Shown: positions 1 through 9,797 of the stretch, in pieces
How the letters are laid out: every line of letters begins with the position of its first letter
Numbering within the stretch: the first letter of the stretch is position 1
Source: Luteolibacter sp.
Lineage (GTDB): Bacteria; Verrucomicrobiota; Verrucomicrobiia; Verrucomicrobiales; Akkermansiaceae
Assembly (NCBI GenBank): GCA_044237185.1
Contig: JBIIFS010000001.1
Span: 1 to 50,961 of the forward strand
DNA length: 50,961 nucleotides
Reading direction: 5' to 3'
Notes under the pieces: model-generated
What the model was told of the DNA's origin: nothing
Seen by the model: the letters and a program-made list of their open reading frames with translations, nothing else
Database searches by the model: none
Made by a program: the position numbers and the translations under genes

Positions 1-9
1 GCCGCAAAA

Positions 10-822
10 ATGCGCTTGGCTGAAGGCCTCTCTGCTTACGAGGCTGGGGATTTGCGTGGTGCACGTTCAGCTTATAGTGGAGCGTTGCTATCGAGTGAAA
101 ATCTTGTTTCCGCAAAGGCTCACGAAGGTATAGGTAATACTCTTTTTCAGTTAGGCTGGATGGGTATTTCCGGAAGCCGTTATCCAACGGGAAAAGCGAT
201 TCCGGAAATGGAGCGGTTTGATCAGATGGTTCGCGAGCAATTGCAAAAAATGCGTGAGGAAAAGATTCCTGAGAAGGGAGATACGAGTGGTTACTTGCGT
301 ATGGAGGCGGTCATGGTGAACTGGTCGGATGCGGTTCGGCATTATCGTACGGCGCATGTCAAAAATCCCAAGGATGACAAGCCGGGCAGGAATGAAGAGA
401 CGACCCTGGTTTATTTGAAGCGATTGGCGGAGTTGTTGGATGAGGAGAAAAAGCAAACTGAACAAGAAATGATGCGGCAGCAGCAACAGGATGCTCCATT
501 AGAGGGTCAAGGAGAGGGTGATGAGCCCAAAGAAGGTGATAGCAGCGGTGAGGGAGAGAAGGGTGAAAAGGGAGATGATGAAAAGCAGCCCGATTCAAAA
601 AAACTGGGCGACAAGGAAAAAGGTGACAAGGAAAATAGCGAGAAGGACGGGGACCAACCAAAGGATCCCACAGATGGCGACTCCGAGGATGGTGACAACA
701 CCAATCCTAGCGAGACGCCCCAGGATTTGGCGCGCAGAAAACTCAAAGAGAATTCCGATGTTGAAAAAGGATCTCCGCTTTCCGGGCGCAGAGAATTCAA
801 AACCCCTGACAAGGATTGGTAA
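10..822 (+). CDS. C-terminal part of a TPR-containing BatB/BatC-like protein (probably begins before the window)
   Basis: TPR-like helices, a Q/E/D/K-rich low-complexity linker and the C-terminal ...PDKDW typical of BatC-like proteins; lies directly upstream of a BatD-like gene. Confidence 0.7.
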   Translation: MRLAEGLSAYEAGDLRGARSAYSGALLSSENLVSAKAHEGIGNTLFQLGWMGISGSRYPTGKAIPEMERFDQMVREQLQKMREEKIPEKGDTSGYLRMEAVMVNWSDAVRHYRTAHVKNPKDDKPGRNEETTLVYLKRLAELLDEEKKQTEQEMMRQQQQDAPLEGQGEGDEPKEGDSSGEGEKGEKGDDEKQPDSKKLGDKEKGDKENSEKDGDQPKDPTDGDSEDGDNTNPSETPQDLARRKLKENSDVEKGSPLSGRREFKTPDKDW

Positions 823-824
823 CT

Positions 825-3257
825 ATGAATGCATGGATTAAAAAAACTTTCGTCTTGTTGTTGCTCTCGTCTGCTCCGCTTTCCGGTGCTCCAGTCGAGG
901 CCGAAATTTACTCATCGTTTTTGGCACGAGGGGAAAAAGTCCTGTTGGAGCTAAAATTCGAAGGGATTGAGCCCGATAACATCCCGGCGTTTCCCAAGAT
1001 GAAAGATGTCAGTATCGAGCCTATGGGTTTCGGTCCGCCTGATATGATTCCCGGACGTCAAATCGAATATCGATTTCGTTATGTCGTATCCAGTTATAAG
1101 GTCGGTCAGCATATCATTCCCGCGGTCGAGGTCGTGGTGGGAGGAGTGATTCACAAGACCGCTCCGATCCCGATCGAGGTTTTCAATCCGGATGATCTCA
1201 AATGGAATGAGGCAAAGGCAAAACCGGAGGCGGCGGACGAGACGGTGCGTTATGCAAGTGCCATCAAAGTATCGGATAGAAAGATCTATCTGGGCCAGAC
1301 GGTGGAGACGGAGATCAAAATCTATGTTCCAAGCAAAATGGTGAATTCGGTCGTTGATTGGGGTGTGCCGGAGTTTGAGCGAGACGGGCTTGCGGTGTGG
1401 CGTTACGAAGCGAGCCCTGCGAGGGGTGAGGTGAATCTTCTGGGTCAACCCTATGTGGCGGTTTCCTATAGGTCGACGTTGAGTGCCCTGCGCTCTGGAA
1501 CGGTGTCGTTAGGTCCCGCAACTATCCGTCTAACCTATTACAAAATGATTTTCGATCGTTTCAACCAGCGGCTGCAGCTGGAGGCCAGCTTGGCGGTTCC
1601 AAAATATGATTTCAAAGTTGAACCATTGCCGGATGGCGCTCCGGAGGGCTTTGATCAAGCGGTTGGCAAGTTCACTCTCGGTACGGCAATCATGCAAACT
1701 CATGTCATGGAGGGTGAGCCATTGGCACTGGATGTGATTGTTTCCGGAAGCGGCAATCTTGACACGCTTCGCTCGCCAATACTGACTGATCCCACAGGTT
1801 GGAAAGTTTATGATGCGACAGCTAGCCAACGCGGAGATGAGCGCCGTGAACTCAATGGGGTTGTGATTTTCAGTCAGTTCATCCGCCCTCTGGATATGAA
1901 GACTTCAATTCCTCCCTTTCGCTTGGTTTACTTCGATCCGGAAGAGGAGAAATACAAAACGGCGATGAGTGAGGCCATTCCGATCACGATGACACCTGCC
2001 ATTCTGAGAAGTGGCTTGGAATCATCCGGAGCGCCACAGGCATTGCCGATACCGGTCGAGCGCATGACCGATATACTCGGACTCTTGAACTCAGGGAGTT
2101 TGCTGATGGAAGAGCAGCCTGATTTTACGATTAAAATCGTTCAAATCATTTTAATCCTGACTGCACTTCTTCTGATCGTCAAATCGCTGTGGATGCGTTA
2201 CGGGCATTTGCTTGAGAGAGATGAAACCAAGCTGCAGATGAAAAAGGATTTTCAAAACGTGATTAAGGCAGAAAGTCGTAGCGGTTTGGATTTTCTTCGG
2301 AATGCCGGAGCATTCGTGGAGAAGTGGCTCGGCAATGAAATGGATGGTGAAATCGGTGAGATTGTCCGGGAACGCGATCGGTTATGTTTTCAAAAAGATA
2401 AACAGGAAGCTGCTTTGCCAGCGAAACGCCGTCAGCAAATTCTGCGGGCAATTAGGCGTGGGGCTTTCGGGCTACTTTTGTTTGCTTTTTTGATGCCACC
2501 AGCACGGGGTGAAGATGTCATGGCGAAAGCTACGAAGGCATACGAAGCGGCCAAGTATGAGGAGGCAGCCAAGCTTTGGTTGGATGCGGGTCCCTATCCG
2601 AAGCTTTCCGCAGATACCCTTTATAACATTGGAAACTCGGCCTACAAGATGGGTTCTCCCGGTGACGCTGCGCTCTATTACAGACGCGCATTGGCGCGTG
2701 ATGCCAGTCATGCCGAAGCGCGCCAAAACTTGCGATTCATTGAACGCAAGTTTGGTTCGATCACGGTGACACGTCCCGCTTATCAATACGCATTGGCGCG
2801 TGTTTCGCTAGAGACTTGGTATAGCGGATTTCGGATAGGGTCATGGATCTTGTTGCTTGCGGTCCTGGTCTTTTTTGCGACAAGACCGGGAAATCGGCTA
2901 AGGATATTTGGAGTGGTGGGATTGATTCTCGCGCCGCTAATCATCATCTTCACTCTACTGGGTTGTCATTACTACCCGAACGATGCTCAGTTCGCGCAGC
3001 TCTCTAAACAGGCGGTGATTGTTGGAGATAAAATCGTACTGTATACGGACGCATCGCGAACTTCGCCCGAAGTGATCGATGCTCCACCCGGTTCACTGGC
3101 GGAGGTGATTGATGAGAGCGGTGACTGGGCTTATGTGGGCTTTGCGACTCGGACACGTGGGTGGGTGCCGATTGAGTTTGTGAAAAAAATTATTCCAAAT
3201 CAAAAACCTGAGCCTCCTAAAGTTTTAAAATCCACTGCGGATGGAAGCAGTGCTTGA
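825..3257 (+). CDS. BatD-family protein fused to a BatE-like TPR + TM + SH3-like module
   Basis: Signal peptide from ATG 825; BatD-like segments (P-LP..APEGFDQAVGKF; IPPFRLVYFDPEEEKYKT); then TPR (YNIGNSAYKMGSPGDAALYYRRAL..ARQNL), two TM segments and an SH3-like end (GWVP). Confidence 0.8.
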   Translation: MNAWIKKTFVLLLLSSAPLSGAPVEAEIYSSFLARGEKVLLELKFEGIEPDNIPAFPKMKDVSIEPMGFGPPDMIPGRQIEYRFRYVVSSYKVGQHIIPAVEVVVGGVIHKTAPIPIEVFNPDDLKWNEAKAKPEAADETVRYASAIKVSDRKIYLGQTVETEIKIYVPSKMVNSVVDWGVPEFERDGLAVWRYEASPARGEVNLLGQPYVAVSYRSTLSALRSGTVSLGPATIRLTYYKMIFDRFNQRLQLEASLAVPKYDFKVEPLPDGAPEGFDQAVGKFTLGTAIMQTHVMEGEPLALDVIVSGSGNLDTLRSPILTDPTGWKVYDATASQRGDERRELNGVVIFSQFIRPLDMKTSIPPFRLVYFDPEEEKYKTAMSEAIPITMTPAILRSGLESSGAPQALPIPVERMTDILGLLNSGSLLMEEQPDFTIKIVQIILILTALLLIVKSLWMRYGHLLERDETKLQMKKDFQNVIKAESRSGLDFLRNAGAFVEKWLGNEMDGEIGEIVRERDRLCFQKDKQEAALPAKRRQQILRAIRRGAFGLLLFAFLMPPARGEDVMAKATKAYEAAKYEEAAKLWLDAGPYPKLSADTLYNIGNSAYKMGSPGDAALYYRRALARDASHAEARQNLRFIERKFGSITVTRPAYQYALARVSLETWYSGFRIGSWILLLAVLVFFATRPGNRLRIFGVVGLILAPLIIIFTLLGCHYYPNDAQFAQLSKQAVIVGDKIVLYTDASRTSPEVIDAPPGSLAEVIDESGDWAYVGFATRTRGWVPIEFVKKIIPNQKPEPPKVLKSTADGSSA

Positions 3258-3266
3258 ACCTACTTG

Positions 3267-4280
3267 ATGAGCGAGACAATTGCATGGCTTGCCCGCACAG
3301 ATGGCACGGTGATAGTGGGATATGGGCCGTTTTGTGAAGCGGATGCGCCACCCGAATCCGGAGTGGCATTCTTTAAATGTGGTTTCTTCGAGATAGGGGG
3401 AAAACCGTGGAAGATTCCGGAAAGAGTCGAACACCTCAGCTTGCGGCAGTTTCAAGAAAAGTTTTCCAATCCTTCGGGTAAACTGGAGATCGATTGGGAA
3501 ACACCGGATGCGGTACCTTTTTCCCTCGTATTCCAAGAAATCATGACCCGCATCGGGCAAGGGATGATTGAGAAAACGGTTCCCGTGGTTACCGAACAAG
3601 GCAAGGTGCGTGGAGGGTGGACGCCATCCGCCAACATGATTGCGGCGATAGCAGCACAGCGCGCGCCATTGCATGCCTATGGCTGGGTGGATGTCGATTC
3701 CGGCTTCGCAGGCGCGACTCCGGAACTTCTCATCTCCATGCGTGGGTTGCATTTGGAAACCATGGCACTTGCTGGGACAGCGAGGCAAGAGGATGAGGCT
3801 GTCTTTGGAGTGGATGAAAAAGAGATTCGCGAGCACGAATACGTGGCGCAGACATTGGTTGCGAAGTTGCTCGATCTTGGAAAATTGAAGCGAAAGGGGC
3901 GCGAGGTGTTACGCTTGGGTTCGATTGTTCATTTTTTAACGGGCATTTCAGTGGATTTAGAATCCCTGCAAGAGCCCCTTCGCCTGCTGCATAAATTGCA
4001 TCCGACTCCCGCTTTGGGTCCTTTGCCACGGACCGACCAAACCATGGCAATGCTCTGTGAGTGGCGTAAGCGATTGGGTTGTCCGGTTGAATTTGGCGCG
4101 CCGTTCGGAGTCTGGGACCAAGGAACTTTCGAAGCCGTGGTTGCGATCCGGGGTTTATGGTGGAAGGGAAGTGAAATATCGCTTCCAGCCGGTTGTGGAA
4201 TTATCGAAGCGAGCCGTTTGGTCAATGAATGGAGGGAATTGCGCCTCAAACGCGAGGCGGTGAAACGTTTCTTGATGTGA
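3267..4280 (+). CDS. menF: Isochorismate synthase (chorismate-binding enzyme, MenF-like)
   Basis: GATPELL, TMALAGT, KEIREHEYV, LHPTPALG and AGCGII motifs; menC and menE occur elsewhere in the window. Confidence 0.75.
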   Translation: MSETIAWLARTDGTVIVGYGPFCEADAPPESGVAFFKCGFFEIGGKPWKIPERVEHLSLRQFQEKFSNPSGKLEIDWETPDAVPFSLVFQEIMTRIGQGMIEKTVPVVTEQGKVRGGWTPSANMIAAIAAQRAPLHAYGWVDVDSGFAGATPELLISMRGLHLETMALAGTARQEDEAVFGVDEKEIREHEYVAQTLVAKLLDLGKLKRKGREVLRLGSIVHFLTGISVDLESLQEPLRLLHKLHPTPALGPLPRTDQTMAMLCEWRKRLGCPVEFGAPFGVWDQGTFEAVVAIRGLWWKGSEISLPAGCGIIEASRLVNEWRELRLKREAVKRFLM

Positions 4281-4306
4281 CAGGTTTCTCAGGTTTTACT
4301 TCATAC

Positions 4307-4840
4307 ATGAAATTGATACGCCTGTTGATGATTTGTGCCATTGGGGTGCTTTCAGTAAATGCGGAGGAATCGGGCTTTGATTCGGTTGACGGTCCAAACG
4401 TTCGGGTTATGCGCCATGATGATGGATCGCGTACAATTTTTGTTCGCAGCCCGGATAATAGAACTCTGACCAAGCGGACATTTAGTGCAAAAGGCACCGT
4501 TAACATGCTCACGATTTATCGAATGGATAAGAATGGAAATCCGACGGGATGCAAAATTTTCGATGGTAATGGTAGTGAGCTCTATAAGTTCAGTTACGGC
4601 TATAACAAGAAAAACGGCAAACTGGCGGAAGAGCGGATGTTTGATTCTAGGGTCAAACGAATCGATCCCAAAACCGGAGATGAAATGCCCGTGCGTCGTT
4701 TTATCTATTCGTATGATGCGCTGGGGAATCGTAGCGCACCGATCGCAATTACTCTTATCAAGGGCGTGTATGCGGAAAATTTTTTCGGATCTCCTTCGGC
4801 TCTTGAATCGGATCCTTTCGCAGCTCCCAAAGGGCGGTAA
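4307..4840 (+). CDS. Secreted hypothetical protein with YD/RHS-like beta-hairpin segments
   Basis: ATG 4307 gives a signal peptide (MKLIRLLMICAIGVLSVNA); segments such as YRMDKNGN, YGYNKKNGKL and YSYDALGNR. Confidence 0.65.
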   Translation: MKLIRLLMICAIGVLSVNAEESGFDSVDGPNVRVMRHDDGSRTIFVRSPDNRTLTKRTFSAKGTVNMLTIYRMDKNGNPTGCKIFDGNGSELYKFSYGYNKKNGKLAEERMFDSRVKRIDPKTGDEMPVRRFIYSYDALGNRSAPIAITLIKGVYAENFFGSPSALESDPFAAPKGR

Positions 4841-4851
4841 TTGACAGTGCG

Positions 4852-6120
4852 ATGATATCTGAAAAACAGTTACTCACGTTACTCATAGGTGCCGCGCTTG
4901 GAGCGGGCGGTTGGATGTATCGCGCGGACAAGGCGCCGGATGCGGGCAGGGAATCACTTGAGGGTGTGGAAAATCAACTCCGTATTGCGGAAGAGGAGAT
5001 TGAAATGCTCAAGAAAGAGAATGATTCTCTTCGTTCGCTTGCACAGGGCGGGGGTGAGGTAGCTGTGCCTAAGGAATTGATTTCCAAAGTCGAAAAGGAT
5101 TACGGGCTGCATTTTTTATCGAATCCCGTGGTTCATCAAGTGGCTGGCGAGGAACTCGGATATCGTATCGAAGCGGCACTTGAAAGCCGGCTCGGGCCGC
5201 AGGGTATGGATGACAGGCAAGAAGCCTACCGACGCATGGGTTGGTTGGCAGTGGATGATAAACTAATCAACCAGCTCGTTGCGATAAAATCCGTGGGTGT
5301 TCTCTCATGGTTTGACGAGCAAGCCGGTCAGGGCTGGGTAACGGATCGGTTTGATTTGAAAAATGTTCCGGATCAGGCAGCGATGATAGGTTTGCTGGTG
5401 CGCATTTTGTTGAATCAGCATTTTCCTGCGCCTGTAAGCTATCCCGGCGATGATGCGGCTAGGACGCGCGAGGCTATACACGCAGGCGCATCTTATGGGG
5501 CGGAATCGAGGTTTTATGCTGACAGTGCGCGCCATATGGGTTTCATGCCAATGGATGAAAACGGTGCTGTCGAGCGCCTCATGTTATCACTTCCTCCCTT
5601 CATTCAGGGTCTGAAAATCTTTCCCATGACATCGGGTAGGGCTTTCGCTAACACACATTATGTGAAGGGAGAGAAGATTTTTTCCGAGGCGATGAGAAAT
5701 CCGCCGCAAACGACTTATCATCTCGCTTTTCCCGCAGAGTCAGGTCGCGGGGGTGCGATGGATTTTCCGAAAACGGATGATGAAATCTTTCTCACTGAGA
5801 GCGCGGGTTACTTGGGATTGCGTTTGTGGTTGGAGGAAATGGGGGACGTCGGGATTGCCGAAGAAGTGGCACGTGAATGGTCGCGTGATGGCTATCTGTT
5901 GTTCGCCGACGGGGAGACTTCATCTGGGTTATTATGGGATTTGGAATTTCAAAACGAAACCGCCGCTGAACAATTCACAGCAGAAGCCAATCAGCGGATC
6001 CAAGTCATGAAGGATCAGGCTCAGGATCGATTTTTCAGCGTCAGGAGAATATCCCCAAAGCGTGTTCGTTTCCTGAATGTCGCGACTGCCGAAACATTGA
6101 CCAAACTATTATCCCGATAG
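4852..6120 (+). CDS. Membrane-anchored hypothetical protein, probable degenerate zincin-like homologue
   Basis: N-terminal hydrophobic anchor, coiled coil and a 422-aa ORF packed in an operon. See findings. Confidence 0.65.
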   Translation: MISEKQLLTLLIGAALGAGGWMYRADKAPDAGRESLEGVENQLRIAEEEIEMLKKENDSLRSLAQGGGEVAVPKELISKVEKDYGLHFLSNPVVHQVAGEELGYRIEAALESRLGPQGMDDRQEAYRRMGWLAVDDKLINQLVAIKSVGVLSWFDEQAGQGWVTDRFDLKNVPDQAAMIGLLVRILLNQHFPAPVSYPGDDAARTREAIHAGASYGAESRFYADSARHMGFMPMDENGAVERLMLSLPPFIQGLKIFPMTSGRAFANTHYVKGEKIFSEAMRNPPQTTYHLAFPAESGRGGAMDFPKTDDEIFLTESAGYLGLRLWLEEMGDVGIAEEVAREWSRDGYLLFADGETSSGLLWDLEFQNETAAEQFTAEANQRIQVMKDQAQDRFFSVRRISPKRVRFLNVATAETLTKLLSR

Positions 6121-6123
6121 CTG

Positions 6124-6543
6124 ATGAAAGTTTATACTGCCGAGTTGGCCATTCGAACCCGAGGCAAGGGAACATACGAAATTTCCGATGAAATCGCAGG
6201 AATTGTAAGCGATTCAGGAATTGTATCAGGGCAAGTTACCGTGCTGTTGCGGCATACAAGTGCGAGCTTGGTTCTGATGGAAAACGCCGACCCCAGCGCG
6301 CGGCGAGACTTGGAAAGATGGTTTGATCGATTGGTTCGTGAAGATGATCCGGATTTTGTCCACACTCTCGAAGGCCCTGATGATATGCCCAGTCATATCC
6401 GTATGGTGCTAACCCGTTCTTCGGAAGTGATTCCCATCCTCAGAGGTCGTATGGCTTTGGGAGCCTGGCAGGGAATTTTCATTTTCGAACACCGGCGTCA
6501 ACCTCACCAGAGAAGTATTGCTGTAACGGTGATGGGCGAATAA
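6124..6543 (+). CDS. yjbQ: YjbQ/UPF0047 family protein
   Basis: HTSASL..ENADP, HTLEGPDDMPSHIR and LGAWQGIFIFEHR motifs. Confidence 0.9.
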   Translation: MKVYTAELAIRTRGKGTYEISDEIAGIVSDSGIVSGQVTVLLRHTSASLVLMENADPSARRDLERWFDRLVREDDPDFVHTLEGPDDMPSHIRMVLTRSSEVIPILRGRMALGAWQGIFIFEHRRQPHQRSIAVTVMGE

Positions 6544-6583
6544 AGTCGCTTACAAATTTCCATTTACCTAACCAGTCTATTTT

Positions 6584-7441
6584 ATGTCCCACGAATTGAT
6601 CATGATGGCTTTGAAAGAGGATATCGGTGAGGGCGATGTCACATCGGCATATTTCATTCCTGAGGACAAAACGGCTCGGGCGTTTTTATCGGTTCGCCAT
6701 GAGGGAGTAGTTTCCGGGGTTTCAATTGCTGAAAAAGTATTTTCCGAGGTGGATCCTTCTTTGGTAGTTCAGGTCTTGGTGGAGGATGGGAGTCGGGTGA
6801 GTGAGGGGGCGGTTTTGATGATGATTGAGGGCAAAGCTAGATCGATCCTCACCGCCGAGCGCACGGCATTGAATTTTTTACAACGCCTTTCAGGCGTCGC
6901 GAGTATAACCGCCCGATATGTCGCTGCGGTAAAACACACACGTGCGAAGATTTTGGATACCCGCAAAACCACGCCAGGTTACCGCACTTTGGAAAAAAAA
7001 GCGGTGTTGGACGGTGGCGGAACCAATCACCGCATGGGTTTGTATGACCGTGCCATGGTGAAAGACAATCATCTCGTGTCAGATGGAGATTTGGAATCTC
7101 TGCAAGCGGCGATTCGTTTGCTGAAATCCGAAAAGCCCCACGTCAAAGTCGAGCTTGAGGCGGATCGGTTGGATCAGGTTGCGGACTTTCTAGCGCTTGA
7201 AGCTGTGGATTATATTTTGTTAGATAATATGCCTCTCGATGATTTGCGTGAGGCGGTCAAAATGCGTGAGAAAAATCCAATGATTCGCTTGGAAGCAAGT
7301 GGTGGGGTGAACTTGGAGACGGTTAGGGAAATCGCAGAGACGGGAGTGGATTTTATCTCGGTGGGCGCGCTAACCCATTCGGCTCCTGCGCTTGATATAG
7401 GACTGGATTTCATACCCATGGAAAAGTTGGAAAGCCTTTAA
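6584..7441 (+). CDS. nadC: Nicotinate-nucleotide diphosphorylase (carboxylating)
   Basis: EDIGEGDVTS, ERTALNFLQRLSGVA, DTRKTTPG, NHRMGLYD, ILLDNM, EASGG and ISVGALTHS. Confidence 0.97.
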   Translation: MSHELIMMALKEDIGEGDVTSAYFIPEDKTARAFLSVRHEGVVSGVSIAEKVFSEVDPSLVVQVLVEDGSRVSEGAVLMMIEGKARSILTAERTALNFLQRLSGVASITARYVAAVKHTRAKILDTRKTTPGYRTLEKKAVLDGGGTNHRMGLYDRAMVKDNHLVSDGDLESLQAAIRLLKSEKPHVKVELEADRLDQVADFLALEAVDYILLDNMPLDDLREAVKMREKNPMIRLEASGGVNLETVREIAETGVDFISVGALTHSAPALDIGLDFIPMEKLESL

Positions 7442-7460
7442 CAGACGCCAATAGAATCGA

Positions 7461-8222
7461 ATGAATTCCCATCCATCACGGAACGACTTTCAGGATATCG
7501 CTGCGCAGTTGCCGGATCCGTATCGCTTGTTGTGGCGGGAGCAGGTCGGATCGACAAATGACGAACTGCGCAAACTTGCCGAGCAAGGTATGGCTGAGGG
7601 TTTGGTGTTTGTGGCGGAAGAACAAACAGCGGGCAGGGGAAGGCGTGGTGGGGTTTGGGTTTCACCAAAGGGAGAGAACCTCGCGTTTTCGATTCTGCTC
7701 AAGCCCATCGCATCGAAAGTATTATGGCATCGGCTTTCATTACTTACAGGTCTGGCCGTGGCAGAGGCGTTGGAAAATTATGTGCCGCTCTCGGAAATCA
7801 AATGGCCGAACGATGTGCGGGTCGGAGGAAAAAAGATTGCCGGTATCCTTGTTGAGGCGGGTAAGGATTTCGTGATTGTCGGAATAGGGATCAATATCAA
7901 CTCAACCGATTTTCCTAAAGAGCTCGCAGCAACTTCTCTGCATGAGCAAACCGGACGTGTTTACCCTAGGGCGGAGGTTTTACATGAGGTTGTGACCCGA
8001 ATGAGTCGATATGCCAATGGTATCAATCAGAGATATGCGGATTCTTTGAAATCGATTCGTGAGCGCTGCTCTCTGACGGGACATCTCGTTTCCTATCTTA
8101 TCGCAGATCAACGCCGCGAAGGAATCGTGCGGGGAATCGGCTCCGGTGGTGAATTGATGGTGGAGACCGATGGAAAACTCGAAGCGCTGGTTCAGGCAGA
8201 TGAGGTGAGGATTTTGGATTAG
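7461..8222 (+). CDS. birA: Biotin-[acetyl-CoA-carboxylase] ligase (no N-terminal HTH)
   Basis: STND, QTAGRGRRG, IKWPNDV, KKIAGILVE and GIGININ. Confidence 0.95.
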   Translation: MNSHPSRNDFQDIAAQLPDPYRLLWREQVGSTNDELRKLAEQGMAEGLVFVAEEQTAGRGRRGGVWVSPKGENLAFSILLKPIASKVLWHRLSLLTGLAVAEALENYVPLSEIKWPNDVRVGGKKIAGILVEAGKDFVIVGIGININSTDFPKELAATSLHEQTGRVYPRAEVLHEVVTRMSRYANGINQRYADSLKSIRERCSLTGHLVSYLIADQRREGIVRGIGSGGELMVETDGKLEALVQADEVRILD

Positions 8223-8237
8223 AAGTAGAAAACTCGA

Positions 8238-8376
8238 ACCACGGATGGACACGGATAAACGCGGATAAACGCGGATAAACGCGGATAAACGCGGATAATT
8301 ATGAATACGCCTCTAAATTAATTCACTGATAAAGTCAGGATTTATTGAATTTCTGAGATCAAAAATCCGCGTTTAT
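8238..8376. repeat. Tandem 10-mer array (GCGGATAAAC-type, about 6 units) with an inverted partial copy
   Basis: 8241-8298 reads acggatggac acggataaac gcggataaac x3 gcggataa; the inverted copy atccgcgtttat is at 8365-8376. Confidence 0.9.
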
Positions 8377-9224
8377 TCCTGTCTGTCCGTATTACCTCTT
8401 TTCTTTCCCAATCTAAACTCCAATTGTCGCAGGGCGTAGATGAGAATGAAGGAGAGTTGCATGAGCAGATACCAAGCGGTGAATTTGGAGAAATGGACAG
8501 GTTTCCATCCGTGCTCCTGACCTGGGTATTGCCAGGCTCGAGCGAGGGTTCCGAGATTTTCAGCTAAGTAGATGAATGCTGCGACAAGACAGAATCCTAA
8601 CAACAAGGGCATGCTTAGATTCACGGATTTTGGTTTGAAATGAATCTTTGTTTTTGCGAATGCAAAAACGCCGATCACAATTAACAGCCAGCGGATATCG
8701 ACGAGATAGTGATGGGTGAAAAAGTTTGCGTAAGCGAGAAATGCGATGGAACCCGCGATCCACAAGGGCGGAAAGTGAGTGAATTTGAAATCAAAGATTC
8801 GCCACGCTCGTGCCATGTAAGAGCCGATTGCGGAATACATGAATCCGGTGAACAATGGAACGTTGCCGATGCGCATGGCTGAATCTTCCGGGTAGTTCCA
8901 TGAACCAATGCTGTCCGAGGTTTTGAATAGCTCCATCGCGCTGGCCATGGCGTGAAACAATAAAATGACACCGACTTCGCGCCAGCTCTCAAGTTTAAAA
9001 AGCAAGAGGCATGCTTGAATGGATAGAGCGTAGATAAAAAGAAAATCATAACGCGAGATTCCAAGATCAGGAAACCACACTGCCGTTCCCAATATTCCGG
9101 CTAATAACAAGCCTCCGAAAATGCAGGCCCATGCCTGTTTGAAGCCAAAATAAATGAATTCACTTAAAGGACCTTTCCTTGTTAAAAACTCAGGAAGGTA
9201 GGGCGTGAGGTGCGGGGTTTTCAT
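8373..9224 (-). CDS. DUF817 (YoaT-like) membrane protein
   Basis: FGFKQAWACIFG, RYDFL, MELFKT..GSW.YP, VPLFTGFMYSAIGSY and AEN..T..AWQYPGQ. Start taken at ATG 9224; the ORF extends to 9278. Confidence 0.85.
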   Translation of the reverse strand: MKTPHLTPYLPEFLTRKGPLSEFIYFGFKQAWACIFGGLLLAGILGTAVWFPDLGISRYDFLFIYALSIQACLLLFKLESWREVGVILLFHAMASAMELFKTSDSIGSWNYPEDSAMRIGNVPLFTGFMYSAIGSYMARAWRIFDFKFTHFPPLWIAGSIAFLAYANFFTHHYLVDIRWLLIVIGVFAFAKTKIHFKPKSVNLSMPLLLGFCLVAAFIYLAENLGTLARAWQYPGQEHGWKPVHFSKFTAWYLLMQLSFILIYALRQLEFRLGKKRGNTDRQE

Positions 9225-9284
9225 GATGAGGCGCGACCACCGACTTTGTCGGGGCATCGCTGGAGTCACGCGGTCCACCCTGGA

Positions 9285-9761
9285 TTACGGAGAAACCGAG
9301 AGGCGTTCAATTTCGGACTCTTGCTCGAAGAGGAAGCCATTTTCCTTGTAGGTTTTCAGGCGGAAGTGGGTGGCTGTCGATAAGACTCCATCCAATGAAG
9401 AGAGTTTCTCGGAAACAAAACGCGCCACCTCGCGGAGATCATGGCCCTCGACCACGACCAGTAAATCATATCCACCCGATGCGAGGTAGCATGAAACCAC
9501 TTGATCAAAGCGCGCGATTCTCATGGCTAAGCGATCGAAACCACCGCCGCGTTCCGGGGTTAGACGCACTTCGATGAAAGCCGATACCGAGGTGTCTCCC
9601 ATCACTTCTTGGTTGGTCACCGCATGATAACCGAGAATCGTGCGATCTTTTTCCCATGCGGAAATTTTTGCGGAGACATCGGATTCTGAGAACCCCGTGA
9701 GATCGGCGAGTTCTTTAATCGATGCACGGGCTTTGCGGCGAAGCGTATTGAGAAGTTTCAT
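9285..9761 (-). CDS. Lrp/AsnC family transcriptional regulator
   Basis: N-terminal HTH plus a RAM domain (CYLASGGYDL, GVLSTATHFRLKTYK). Confidence 0.92.
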   Translation of the reverse strand: MKLLNTLRRKARASIKELADLTGFSESDVSAKISAWEKDRTILGYHAVTNQEVMGDTSVSAFIEVRLTPERGGGFDRLAMRIARFDQVVSCYLASGGYDLLVVVEGHDLREVARFVSEKLSSLDGVLSTATHFRLKTYKENGFLFEQESEIERLSVSP

Positions 9762-9764
9762 TGG

Positions 9765-9792
9765 AATGGTGAAGAGTAAATGGTGAAGTGAG
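9765..9792. repeat. Short heptamer array (aatggtg aagagta aatggtg aagtgag)
   Basis: Fills most of the mscL-Lrp spacer; same unit family as 31405-31453. Confidence 0.6.
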
Positions 9793-9797
9793 AAAAA

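Noticed and set aside
8241-8298. CRISPR array
   Set aside because: Units are 10 nt and contiguous, with no spacers and no cas genes.
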